IMG/VR virus record: IMGVR_UViG_3300046011_010468
Location: 1 to 56,528 of that record
From: a virus
Lineage: Duplodnaviria; Caudoviricetes
DNA length: 56,528 nucleotides
Strand: one strand, 5' to 3'
Shown piece by piece: positions 15,862-24,816 of this stretch; position 1 is the stretch's first letter; every line of letters begins with the position of its first letter. A model generated the notes under the pieces. That model did no database searches. It saw nothing but the letters and a program-made list of their open reading frames with translations, and was not told the DNA's origin. A program made the translations under genes and the position numbers.

Positions 15862-16350
15862 ATGCGCACGATCACGGCTGACGACCAACCGGATGCTCGT
15901 CCTCTTCGGGACGCGGGCTTCCTGTGGGGCAAGCCGTGGTATCGGGTGCAGTCGGAGTGGGAGCTGGAATACAATGGTATTTTAATCCTGGCGCGGAAGA
16001 ACTACGGCTTCGACGCGGCCAGCGTGCCCCGGCTCTGCTGGGGACTCATGGGCTACACGCCGGACGGTCTCCACCGGGCGGCGGCGCTCGCCCATGACAT
16101 CGGCTGCGAGCGAGAAGGCATGCTCATCGCTGGGGAGGCCATCGGGCGGCCGGAGTATGAGGCGGTTCTGCTGGGGGATACCAGTGTGCGCATCACGCAG
16201 AGCCATTTTGCCGGTCAGATGGAGTCTGTTGAGGTGCATCAGATGTTCCGGGACATTCTCGACGCCACGGAGGGGAGCCGTCCGCGCAAAAATAAACTTT
16301 TCCATGGCGCGGTTCGCACCTTCGGGCCGCGCTGGAACACGCTGCAATGA
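15862..16350 (+). CDS. DUF1353-like protein
   Basis: GFDAASVPRLCW...AAALAHD motif; start MRTITA at 15862. Confidence 0.7.
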   Translation: MRTITADDQPDARPLRDAGFLWGKPWYRVQSEWELEYNGILILARKNYGFDAASVPRLCWGLMGYTPDGLHRAAALAHDIGCEREGMLIAGEAIGRPEYEAVLLGDTSVRITQSHFAGQMESVEVHQMFRDILDATEGSRPRKNKLFHGAVRTFGPRWNTLQ

Positions 16351-18167
16351 GTAAAAACTTCGATTGGGTGGATCTGCCAAACCCGACTTTGCGCGGGTTC
16401 GCGATTGTGGCGAAAGAATCCGACCGGGATGTGGACATCCCGGACTTTCTCGCGACGCCCACGACGTTTGCGGACTGCCCGGCCTGGATCACTCATGGCT
16501 GCGGCGTCATCAGTCCGCTGGACGAGTATTTGCTCATTCAAGCCCAAAAAGCCGGGGAATTGCAGCGGCGGTTTATTTTTGCGCCGCCTCTCACCAATGA
16601 GCAGGCGCAGACTCCGTACCGAACTTATCGCGAACTGGAGCCGAGCATGTTCTGGCCGAAGGTATTGCTTCGGATTGAAACGTACAACCGCTTGTCGGAT
16701 GGTACACAAGTTGCACGGCCACGCTACAAAGAGGCGTATCAGGGGCCGACACTCATGCTGATCGAGGAGTTTTATTCGCCAACGCCGTTCACCATTCCCT
16801 CCTACGAGCCGATGATTGACCGTGGCCTCAACGATGAAATTGGGGTTAGTGTTGCAAGTGGCTTTCAGCTCTACTGGCATTCAGTCGGCAACCTGAATTT
16901 GGATGCCTGTCTTCATGGAGCGATAAATCTCGTGGTGCCTTTGGACCCGCCAATTAGTATCTATAATGGAGGCATCGAATTTGTTTACAGCTTCGCCTAC
17001 CTGTCAGACGACGCGACCAATTACACGGACTGGCCCGAAGAATTGGTCGTAGATGACCGGCAGCGCGAAGTCCTGGGCGGGTGGAGTCGTCGCCGTGTGA
17101 CGGCGCTGCGTCCGATCATCACCCGCGTGACGGCACCCACAAGTGGCTCACTGTCCTACACACTGGCAACCCTGGGGGGCACCGTGGCGACTGACACCAA
17201 TGGCAGCATCGCGGCTCGTGGCGTGGTTTTTGCGCGGACAGCGCAGGACGATAACCCAGAAGTGGGCAACACGTTGGCGTCAGTGGCCGTCGCCATAACT
17301 GTCACTGTCAACCCATTGCAGCAGTTTGCGGGAACCGTCACAGGGTTCAACTTGGTGGTAAGCAGCACCACGGGCATGTTTGCCGGGCAGACTGTCACCA
17401 GCCCTGGTTACACCGGCACTGTTTCGTCTGTCACGAACGGCACCACTGTGGTACTCACTGGTTCGCCTATCGCTGGCGTGGGCACATTCACCTTTGGCAC
17501 GACGGGCGCTGTGTTTGTCACGGGTGTCACCAACACCACTGGCTCGGCCACACTTGCCCTTGCGACTGCTCAGCCAGGGCTGTTCGTTGGACAGCCAATA
17601 GCTGAGGTGGGCATTCCCCGTGGCACCACGATCACCGCCATTTCCGCCGACGGTTTGACGGTCACAATGTCAGCCGTGTCAGAATCGGCGGTTACTGCGT
17701 TCACCGCAGGCACCACGGGCACCACAGGTATGTTTACCGTCGCGGTTACAGGCTTGAGGCCAAGCACAGCGTACAGCTTCAAGCCTTGGGCGCTGACAAG
17801 TCAAGGTGTGCGGGCCTATGGGCTATTGAGCACTTTTACGACAACCGCGTTGGTCACAGCTCCGACGAGCACTGACCTGACCAGCAGCGGAGCTACGCTT
17901 GGCGGCTTCCTAGCTTCTGGCAGCGGTCTCACAGTGACTGAACGAGGCGTGTCCTATGCACTGACCGCCAACAACGCTGACCCCGAAGTCGGTGGCTTGC
18001 ATGTCACCACGCCGTCTGCCATCACAGGCGGCACCACCGGTGCGTTTAGCCAGGCGGTCACAGGCCTGACATCTATCAGTGCTTACAGCTTCAAGCCGTG
18101 GGCGCTCACCACCGAGCATGGGCGGATTTACGGTCCGGTTGGAACCTTCACCACCGCTGCCCCATGA
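16347..18167 (+). CDS. Virion/tail protein with two Fn3-like repeats
   Basis: Repeated ATLGG...RGV...F...VTGL....AYSFKPWALT..G..YG...TFTT; Thr/Gly-rich. Confidence 0.7.
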   Translation: MSKNFDWVDLPNPTLRGFAIVAKESDRDVDIPDFLATPTTFADCPAWITHGCGVISPLDEYLLIQAQKAGELQRRFIFAPPLTNEQAQTPYRTYRELEPSMFWPKVLLRIETYNRLSDGTQVARPRYKEAYQGPTLMLIEEFYSPTPFTIPSYEPMIDRGLNDEIGVSVASGFQLYWHSVGNLNLDACLHGAINLVVPLDPPISIYNGGIEFVYSFAYLSDDATNYTDWPEELVVDDRQREVLGGWSRRRVTALRPIITRVTAPTSGSLSYTLATLGGTVATDTNGSIAARGVVFARTAQDDNPEVGNTLASVAVAITVTVNPLQQFAGTVTGFNLVVSSTTGMFAGQTVTSPGYTGTVSSVTNGTTVVLTGSPIAGVGTFTFGTTGAVFVTGVTNTTGSATLALATAQPGLFVGQPIAEVGIPRGTTITAISADGLTVTMSAVSESAVTAFTAGTTGTTGMFTVAVTGLRPSTAYSFKPWALTSQGVRAYGLLSTFTTTALVTAPTSTDLTSSGATLGGFLASGSGLTVTERGVSYALTANNADPEVGGLHVTTPSAITGGTTGAFSQAVTGLTSISAYSFKPWALTTEHGRIYGPVGTFTTAAP

Positions 18168-19162
18168 TGCCGGAACTACGAGCGCTTTTCAATGCGCCTC
18201 GCCGCTTGTGGGCTGGGGTAGGAACCAAAATCCGAGGCTACGCCGACAAGAAGACAATCTCTGGAGCGCAGACAACCGGAGCGCCAGCTATGTTCACGCT
18301 GAGGCGTTCAGACTCATCCGCGCCTATGCCGGACCAAGGCACGGAAGAAAACCCGGTGGAACTGCGCGCAGGGCAGGGCATGCGGCTCCATGGCTACGGC
18401 GGCATTCACACGCTGGAGCGGCTGCCAGTTCCTGTTGAAGACGAAATAGCCCTTGGTGGCCCTGCCCGGCTCGAATGGGATATTGAAACCTTTGAGGGTT
18501 ACGCGTCAGTATGCTCTCTGGGGGAGAGTTATGTGTCTCCCGGCTCATGGGTGCTGTCGTCGGAACTCGTGGTTGTCACCACGCTCGCTGGAGGTTGGAC
18601 AGATACCTTTAGTGCCAGCGGAGTGATCACCGGCTATGGTCCGGGCGAGTCACCAGACGCCTGCGCAGACCCCATCTTTGCCACCACCAAAGATGATGGT
18701 GTGGATTATGGAGATGGTGTATCTTCTTCATACTCTGAAGACACCTTGCTATTTACCGACTTGATTCCTGTGGCAATTGGAGCCGTAGCCCCATGGGCAT
18801 CAAGTAACTCTGCGCACGAGTGGACGCCTGAATTCTGGCGTGCAGTCAGCGAGGGGGTGCCACCTTGGCCGTTCAGCGTTCTCTTGGGATTTGTTGATGG
18901 GGGGGTGGACTCTTCTGGTGCCATCGCTCGCAACGTGCGTTTTCGCCTCCGCAACCGTGGCAGCGTCTCTTTGCGCGTGGACTGCGGCTTCTACGGTTCT
19001 GGCCTTTCAGGAGGGGCGGCTGACATCCCCGCCGTGCTCGACCTTGCCCCTGGGGCCAACAGCGCGTGGCAGGAGGTGCCATCCATTGACCCTGACCCCG
19101 ATAAATCCCGCTACGCGGCGATCAGCCGGGTGAGGATTGGGCGATGGAGGATGATACCTTAG
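18164..19162 (+). CDS. Hypothetical (tail-associated) protein
   Basis: Start MMPELR at 18164 overlaps the previous stop; converges on the integrase. Confidence 0.65.
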   Translation: MMPELRALFNAPRRLWAGVGTKIRGYADKKTISGAQTTGAPAMFTLRRSDSSAPMPDQGTEENPVELRAGQGMRLHGYGGIHTLERLPVPVEDEIALGGPARLEWDIETFEGYASVCSLGESYVSPGSWVLSSELVVVTTLAGGWTDTFSASGVITGYGPGESPDACADPIFATTKDDGVDYGDGVSSSYSEDTLLFTDLIPVAIGAVAPWASSNSAHEWTPEFWRAVSEGVPPWPFSVLLGFVDGGVDSSGAIARNVRFRLRNRGSVSLRVDCGFYGSGLSGGAADIPAVLDLAPGANSAWQEVPSIDPDPDKSRYAAISRVRIGRWRMIP

Positions 19163-20358
19163 GCGACGGTGTCCGATATGGCGCGTTTTAGCACGGCTGC
19201 CAGCTTGGAGGCGCTGCGGTGCGTGTAACGTTCGTTCTGCCGGGCGCTGGAGTGCCCGGTGATGTCTTTGCGCACCTCATAAGGCACGTCGGCTTCATCG
19301 AGCAGGGTGTTGGTCGTGTGGCGGAAGCTGTGGAAGGTTTTATTCGTGAATCCGCGCCCTTTGGAGTTGGGGTCTTTTTCCCGGCGCTCCCGTGCGACGC
19401 CAGCGTCGCCGAGAATGTCGCTGAATTGCTCGCTGAGGCCGCCGTTTCCTCCGGTGGGTGTTCCGGCCAGGCTGGGAGCCAAAGGCACGCCAGGGCGAAG
19501 CTGGAGCGTGAGCAGGTGGCTTTCCAACGGCTCCACGATGGGGACGTGGACGAGTTTCCCGGTTTTACCCTGCGTGTTGTGCCACACGCGGGGTTCTTTT
19601 TTGGTCGGTGGGGTGAAATCCTCCGGCTTGGCATCGGCGCAGTCCTGGAAGCGCTGGCCGGTGCAGATGCCGAGGAGGCACACAGTCAGCCAGTCGGTCT
19701 GCTGCGTTTTCCGCAGGTGCGCGAGGATCTTGGCGAGATCGTCGGCATTGAACGGCTCCCGGATGTCGGCCGTGCCATACTGGCGTAGCACCAGCTCAGC
19801 CGGATTGCGTGGGCAGAATCCCTCGGCGCGAGCGCGGTCAAAGATGGCTTGGAGCGTCTTCACGGCGTTGTTGGCAGTGGCCGGCTTCCGGCCTTCGTCG
19901 ATCATGTCGAAATACCATTCCTGGAGCGTGTCGCCGTCCATGAGGTTCAGCGGACGGGTTTTGTCGTCCCCCAGCCAGCGGGTGAGCAGCCGCACATGGC
20001 CGGCGTAGGATTCCAGTGAGCGGGGCGCGATGCGCGACTTTTGCAACGCCAGCCATTCCTGGGAGTATTCATCCCAATTCCGGGTTTCCAGCACGGGCCG
20101 GTGTCCGGCGATTTTGAGGATGTCGTTCACTACCTCCAACACGTCTTCCCGCGTGAGGCGCACGGTGCTGCGGTCTGGCGCGACTCGAAACGCCGCGTTC
20201 TGGAATTCATCGGCGACCTTCTGCGCCGTTTTCGCCTCGCTGCACTTCGTTGATTTCATGACCCTGCGCCAGCGGCCTTGGCTGGCGTCGTAAACCCAGA
20301 ATTGAGCCTGCCAGAACTGGCTGTTGGGGTGGTGGCGAATGGAGGCGGTGTAGCTCAT
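19159..20358 (-). CDS. int: Phage tyrosine integrase
   Basis: Catalytic R (TGQRFQD), K (QGKTG), HxxR (FHSFRH), H (TGHS), Y (RYTH); N-terminal arm-binding-like domain; adjacent attP. Confidence 0.95.
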   Translation of the reverse strand: MSYTASIRHHPNSQFWQAQFWVYDASQGRWRRVMKSTKCSEAKTAQKVADEFQNAAFRVAPDRSTVRLTREDVLEVVNDILKIAGHRPVLETRNWDEYSQEWLALQKSRIAPRSLESYAGHVRLLTRWLGDDKTRPLNLMDGDTLQEWYFDMIDEGRKPATANNAVKTLQAIFDRARAEGFCPRNPAELVLRQYGTADIREPFNADDLAKILAHLRKTQQTDWLTVCLLGICTGQRFQDCADAKPEDFTPPTKKEPRVWHNTQGKTGKLVHVPIVEPLESHLLTLQLRPGVPLAPSLAGTPTGGNGGLSEQFSDILGDAGVARERREKDPNSKGRGFTNKTFHSFRHTTNTLLDEADVPYEVRKDITGHSSARQNERYTHRSASKLAAVLKRAISDTVA

Positions 20359-20530
20359 CGGGCGGGGGCGGGATGGACGATGTTCAACGCAAACTTCAAC
20401 GGTGGTTCCGCTGTTTCTTCAACAGAAAGCAAACAAGCGAATCGCGCAACTTAAAAAGCAAAACGGGCACTTTCCCTGCGTAGAGAGTGTTTTGTGGAGG
20501 TGTTGGTGATGGTCTTTAAAGAGGTTCTAT

Positions 20531-20563
20531 CGTGTCGGCGGTTCGATCCCGTCCCGGGCCACC
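20531..20563 (+). mobile_element. attP core = 3' part of a tRNA (most like tRNA-Phe)
   Basis: CGTGTCGGCGGTTCGATCCCGTCCCGGGCCACC: variable loop, T-arm (GGCGG-TTCGATC-CCGTC) and 3' acceptor strand; no 5' half upstream. Confidence 0.85.
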
Positions 20564-20594
20564 TCAAGGCTGGAAGCCTTGATTTTCCTTGAAT

Positions 20595-20617
20595 GCAGCG
20601 CCCTCGCTGCTTTTTTT
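20595..20617 (+). terminator. Terminator downstream of att core
   Basis: GCAGCG-ccct-CGCTGC plus T7; preceded by a TCAAGGC/GCCTTGA hairpin at 20564-82. Confidence 0.7.
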
Positions 20618-20693
20618 GTGGGTGGCATTCAACGCAAAGTTCAACAGTTTAAGCTCATGTTGCGCGTTTCGCTCAAATGGCTAATTTGCTCCC

Positions 20694-20951
20694 GTGCCAA
20701 TTGCTGACCCAGATGCCCGACGAGATTACATGCGCGAGTACCATGCTGAGTATCGGCTGGGCCTGCGGCGGACGGAGGCTCTGGCGGTCGTCGATGCGCG
20801 GATGGATGAGCGGCGGGCGGAGCGTGAGGCTTATCTGCGGGACTGGGCTGCGGTGAATCGAGCACGGCGGGCGGCGGCGCGGCGAGAGCAGCGGCGGGCG
20901 GCACGGCACGCGGCCTTGGCTGGGGCGCTGGGCAAAGTGAACTTTTCATGA
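20694..20951 (+). CDS. Small Arg/Ala-rich protein
   Basis: 85 aa; ATGA overlap with the next ORF. Confidence 0.5.
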   Translation: MPIADPDARRDYMREYHAEYRLGLRRTEALAVVDARMDERRAEREAYLRDWAAVNRARRAAARREQRRAARHAALAGALGKVNFS

Positions 20952-21604
20952 CTATGAGCACGACACAAATCACGACATTGGAGGTGGAGATCGAAGGAAT
21001 CTCGAAGGCAGAGCGGGAGATGCTGGCCGACATTTTGAACGACGCGAGGCTGTCGGCTGAGCGGTTGGCGAAGGCGGCGGCGAAGTGGGTGTCGCTGGCG
21101 GTGGAGTCTCGCGAGAAGATCGCGGCCCAAAGTAACCCTTCGCTGCGGGATTTTTGGGCGCGGTTGACGAAGGTGGGCGAGGGCCTGCTGCATCCGCAGC
21201 TTGTGATGATCGGAGGCCGGGCGGCGACGTGTTTGGGAAAACTGCCGCTGGAAGATCAGGAACGGTATCTGCGGGAGAGGCTGCCGGTGGTGGTGCGGCG
21301 TGGTCGCGGCTTTGATGTGCGGCTCGTGGACGTGGCGGAGATGACCGAGGACCAGCGGCGGCAGGTGTTCAAGGTGGCGGACTCGGGCGCGGTGACGGTG
21401 CGCGATGATGAGGCGCAGAAGGCCTACTTTGCGAACCGGGCGGCGCAGATGCTGGTGGAGCAGGAGCGCCAGGACGGCATGAAGAAGGTGGAGCGCGTGG
21501 GATGGCGCGTGGAGGGCGGCAAGGTGTGGGTCAAGGAGGACAAGGTGGAGAGTGGGATCACGCGGCGAGATCTGCTGACGATGCTGCGGGATCTAGGTGA
21601 GTAG
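20948..21604 (+). CDS. Hypothetical protein
   Basis: 218 aa with normal globular composition. Confidence 0.75.
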   Translation: MTMSTTQITTLEVEIEGISKAEREMLADILNDARLSAERLAKAAAKWVSLAVESREKIAAQSNPSLRDFWARLTKVGEGLLHPQLVMIGGRAATCLGKLPLEDQERYLRERLPVVVRRGRGFDVRLVDVAEMTEDQRRQVFKVADSGAVTVRDDEAQKAYFANRAAQMLVEQERQDGMKKVERVGWRVEGGKVWVKEDKVESGITRRDLLTMLRDLGE

Positions 21605-21727
21605 GTTCCTGGGCGTCGAGGTAGGCTTGGATGAAGACGGCAGCGTCTTGCGGGACGATGGCGTTGCCCGCGCCTCGAAGGAGCGCAGGGCGGATACTCC
21701 GGCGTCGTGCTCATTGTAGTAGTTCAT
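21593..21727 (-). pseudogene. Internally deleted phage C5-cytosine methyltransferase
   Basis: N-terminus MNYYNEHD joined out of frame to the C-terminal motif X LRGAGNAIVPQDAAVFIQAY. Confidence 0.7.
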
Positions 21728-22083
21728 GGTTTGGGGCGTTTGAGAAGAGGCAAAGAAGCGACGAGTTTGGGAGATAGGCGTGGGCGTTTGATGACTTGAA
21801 TGCCTTGGATGAAGCCGCCTTCGGCTTCCCAGGTGGACCATTTGAGAATACCAAATGTTTTCATGGCTTCAGGGTCGTGCATAAACCTGGAAAGACTGCC
21901 GGACATGAGGCGGTCATGTTGGAATTGCCGCCCAAAAACCATGCGGCACATGGCGTCAAATTTGGGGCTGCTCCCGAATTGTAGATCTTTGGGATACCAT
22001 TCAAAGACGTGCGTCTTGGGCCGCAGGTCGGGAGGGGTGAGGTGCGGGCCTCGGCAGCGGAAACGGCGGGGGTAGCGGATCAT
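21724..22083 (-). CDS. Hypothetical protein
   Basis: Start MIRYPR at 22083, coupled to neighbours. Confidence 0.6.
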   Translation of the reverse strand: MIRYPRRFRCRGPHLTPPDLRPKTHVFEWYPKDLQFGSSPKFDAMCRMVFGRQFQHDRLMSGSLSRFMHDPEAMKTFGILKWSTWEAEGGFIQGIQVIKRPRLSPKLVASLPLLKRPKP

Positions 22084-22718
22084 AGAGGGAGTTTGGCGGG
22101 TGGGGTGTCGCGGAATTGTTTCCAGAGTCGGGTGTGGTCGCGCATTTGGGTGTCGGGGATCGCGATGGCTCCGCACTGGAGGGCGAGTTCGTGCTTGCGG
22201 CGGGTGAGGTCGTAGTGCGGCACGAGCTTGTTTTGATACCAGCGTGGATCGAGGGCGAGGGCACCGAGGGCGAAGGTGTGGAGGTAGTCCTCCCAGCCGG
22301 GCAGGCAGTGGAGGTGGCTGGAGCCGTCTTTAAAGCATTTGCGCTCGGTGGGCCAGATTTGCAGGCGGTCGGTGTAGATGAGGCTCGTTGCTGGATGCTG
22401 GATGCTGGATGCTGGATCGGAGTCAGAAGCGTCGATGAGAAAGCGGGAGATGTAGTCGGCGATGGGTTGCCATTGGACCCAGTGCTTGGCCCAGGGCTGG
22501 GCGTTGACCCAGAGGAGGTAGTCATGCGGGATGGCGCGGAGGTGTTTGCCGGCGTGGGGACCGACGGGGATGAAGTCGTCCGGCATGAGGACGCGGCTGC
22601 TGTTGCGGCGGGCGTAGTGGGGGATGCCGGCCTTGGCGGCGCGGCGGGTGGGATCGATCTGGCGGCCGTTGAAAAGGCGGTGACGGCGTTGGTCGTCGTG
22701 GTTGAAGATGACGCTCAT
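22080..22718 (-). CDS. DUF3820-like plus DUF4031-like two-domain protein
   Basis: PVGPHAGKHLRAIPHDYLLW, then IYTD...SHL...LHTFA...WYQ...HYDLT...ALQCGA. Confidence 0.7.
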   Translation of the reverse strand: MSVIFNHDDQRRHRLFNGRQIDPTRRAAKAGIPHYARRNSSRVLMPDDFIPVGPHAGKHLRAIPHDYLLWVNAQPWAKHWVQWQPIADYISRFLIDASDSDPASSIQHPATSLIYTDRLQIWPTERKCFKDGSSHLHCLPGWEDYLHTFALGALALDPRWYQNKLVPHYDLTRRKHELALQCGAIAIPDTQMRDHTRLWKQFRDTPPAKLPL

Positions 22719-22751
22719 GAGCGTTCGGTGGGGGCGGTGGGTGTCATAGCG

Positions 22752-23012
22752 TTAAAACGGGGCGAGTTCGAGGCGTAGGGAGGCGGTGAGGCGGGAGACG
22801 GCGGCGTGGCCGGCGTCGGTGATTTCGTAGAGGGGGGAGTGCTGCCGGTTGTCGGCATAGGCGGGATTGGCGCTTTTGGTGAGCCAACCTTTGGTCACCA
22901 TGGGTTCAAGGTGTTCGGCGCGAAGTCCGTTGATGTGGATGGCGGCGAGGGACTTGCGTTTTTCGAGGCGGGAGAAGCGGACGAGGGCTTCGATGGAGAG
23001 ATCGCAAATCAT
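22752..23012 (-). CDS. Small winged-helix-like protein
   Basis: Start MICDLS at 23012; MVTKGWL...YEITDAG pattern. Confidence 0.55.
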   Translation of the reverse strand: MICDLSIEALVRFSRLEKRKSLAAIHINGLRAEHLEPMVTKGWLTKSANPAYADNRQHSPLYEITDAGHAAVSRLTASLRLELAPF

Positions 23013-23326
23013 TTGAGGCGGAGGAGTTGGGGGGCTTTGGGTGTGGCGCGTATGACGAGGGGGAAACGCTTGCTGACGGGGTTGCGTGGGCCTTTGAGGT
23101 CGTGCCATTCATCCACGAGGCCTGCGCGAATCCAGCGGTTGACGCGCCGGCGGACGTGGCCGGAGTTGCGCTGGTTGCGCAGGGTTTCCAGTGGCAAACC
23201 TTTATCGCCAGCGGCGACGACGCGGAGGAGGTCGATCCATTCCGTGGTGCGCGGGGTGCCAGAGGTGCTGCCGAAGACTTCTTTGACAGAATCCCAGCAG
23301 TTGAGGATTTCTTGAGCGGCGGGCAT
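23009..23326 (-). CDS. Small winged-helix-like protein
   Basis: VRRRVNRWIRAGLV...RATPKA pattern. Confidence 0.55.
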   Translation of the reverse strand: MPAAQEILNCWDSVKEVFGSTSGTPRTTEWIDLLRVVAAGDKGLPLETLRNQRNSGHVRRRVNRWIRAGLVDEWHDLKGPRNPVSKRFPLVIRATPKAPQLLRLK

Positions 23327-23399
23327 GGGCGGTGGAAAAGAATTGGAGATGAGGAGTGGAGGAGACTGGGAGATGGCAGACGGGGCAGGAATTTACCGG

Positions 23400-24392
23400 T
23401 TACACAAAGGGAATGGGGTGGAGGCTGGAGAAGCCAGCGGCGTTGGGGTGGCCTCCGCCACCGGGGGCCATGCTAGCGGCGATTTCGGCGACGTTGACGG
23501 CGCTGTTGCGACGGCTGCGCAGGGAGTAGGTGGCCTTGCCGGACTTGGGGTCGATGAACCAGGAGGCGGCAAAGGGCGTGGTGGGGTAGGCTTTGAGCAG
23601 CTCGGTGCAGGCGTCGGAGATGAGGCCAGCGTCGAGGCCGTTGACGGCGGGGATTTCGTCGCCGTGGAAGTTGAGCCAGTGAGGATTGGCGACGGCGGAG
23701 AGGATGATGGAGCGGTCGATGGCGCGGATGCGGGAGCCAGTTTGGATGGCGTGTTGGAGGTTTGCGGTGGTTTGCAGTTGTTGGCTGTCGTTTGCGGTGG
23801 ATTCAGAGAAAAGCAGCGGGGTCCAGGCTTCGAAGGTGCGGGGGAGGCAGCGGAAGAGGTAGGCGTGGAGGTTGAGGGCGTCGTTGGTTCGGGGATCGTC
23901 CTGGTGGAGTGGATCGAAGGCGTAGCCGAGGTCGCGCCATTCGATGAGTTCGATGGCGCGGGGGATGGGATTGGATTGACCGGCTTGACCGGATTGACTT
24001 TGCTGGTGGAAGACGGTCCAAGCGAGTGAAGCTCCGCTGAGTTTGAGGTTGAACCAGGAGTTAAAGCGGGGGGCGGGAAGGTTTGCGCTGGGGAGTCCAG
24101 TGACTTTGTCGCGGCCGTGGCGCTCGGCAGCGGTCGAATGGTGGTCGATGATGGTGAGGGCGGCGTTGAGGAAGAGCAGTTGCTCGATGTCTTCTTGGCT
24201 GGGTGTGTAGTCGAGGTAGGTGACGTCATCGCCCAGAGCGAAGGATGCGGGGATTTGCTGTGGCCAGCCGTAGTTGACAGCTTGGATGGTGAGGTCGGTT
24301 TCGGGGATGTCTTGGGACAGCAGGGCGTGGCGGGCGATGCAGGCGGCAGCGAAGCCGTCGGCGCAGTTGGCGTGGTGGAGGAGGTGGTGCAT
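23400..24392 (-). CDS. DHH/DHHA1 phosphoesterase (NrnB-like nanoRNase family)
   Basis: HHANCADG, YLD, IIDHH, SGASLAW, YSLRS, GGGGHPNAAGF; start MHHLLH at 24392. Confidence 0.9.
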   Translation of the reverse strand: MHHLLHHANCADGFAAACIARHALLSQDIPETDLTIQAVNYGWPQQIPASFALGDDVTYLDYTPSQEDIEQLLFLNAALTIIDHHSTAAERHGRDKVTGLPSANLPAPRFNSWFNLKLSGASLAWTVFHQQSQSGQAGQSNPIPRAIELIEWRDLGYAFDPLHQDDPRTNDALNLHAYLFRCLPRTFEAWTPLLFSESTANDSQQLQTTANLQHAIQTGSRIRAIDRSIILSAVANPHWLNFHGDEIPAVNGLDAGLISDACTELLKAYPTTPFAASWFIDPKSGKATYSLRSRRNSAVNVAEIAASMAPGGGGHPNAAGFSSLHPIPFV

Positions 24393-24441
24393 GTTGAAAA
24401 TGATGAATGTAGAATGATGAATGATGAAAGTAGCGGAGCGA

Positions 24442-24774
24442 CTAGAGGACGATGTGGCGGAGGGTTTCGAGGGTGGCTGCGCGGAGTTTGGTTTTGGTTT
24501 CGGTTTTGCCGTCCTCCTTGGGGACGGTTTCGTTGCGGAGTTTGCCGGTGACGAGGATGCGATCTCCTTTGGTGAGGCGCATGGCGCGATCACGCACGGG
24601 GCCGTAGCAGACGATGCCGATGAAGTCGGTGCGCTCCTGGATCTGCTGGTTTTTGTCTCGCCACTGGTCGGTGACGGCGAGGGAGAATTCGCAACCGTCG
24701 CCGGTTTCGGTGGTGAAGGGCCGGGGGGCGGTGGTGAGGTGGCCGCTGAGGCGGGTGTCGTTGTGGTCGCGCAT
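24442..24774 (-). CDS. ssb: Single-stranded DNA-binding protein
   Basis: N...LSGHLTTAP...FSLAV...RTDFIGIVCYG...LTKGDRILVTGKL OB fold; lacks an acidic tail. Confidence 0.9.
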   Translation of the reverse strand: MRDHNDTRLSGHLTTAPRPFTTETGDGCEFSLAVTDQWRDKNQQIQERTDFIGIVCYGPVRDRAMRLTKGDRILVTGKLRNETVPKEDGKTETKTKLRAATLETLRHIVL

Positions 24775-24816
24775 GGCTGGAGGCTCGTTGCTGGATTCTT
24801 GATGCTGGATGCTGGA

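Larger units (their letters stand above)
20383..20647. repeat. Integrase arm-type repeats TTCAACGCAAA(C/G)TTCAAC flanking the att core
   Basis: Copies at 20383-20400 and 20628-20645, plus a single TTCAAC at 20418. Confidence 0.75.

Noticed and set aside
12700-19162. Diversity-generating retroelement or invertible tail-fibre system
   Set aside because: No reverse transcriptase, no TR/VR pair with adenine-specific differences and no invertase; the only repeats are the two Fn3-like units.
20490-20565. Complete tRNA gene
   Set aside because: Only the variable loop, T-arm and 3' acceptor strand are present; there is no D-arm, anticodon arm or 5' strand, so it is an att core.
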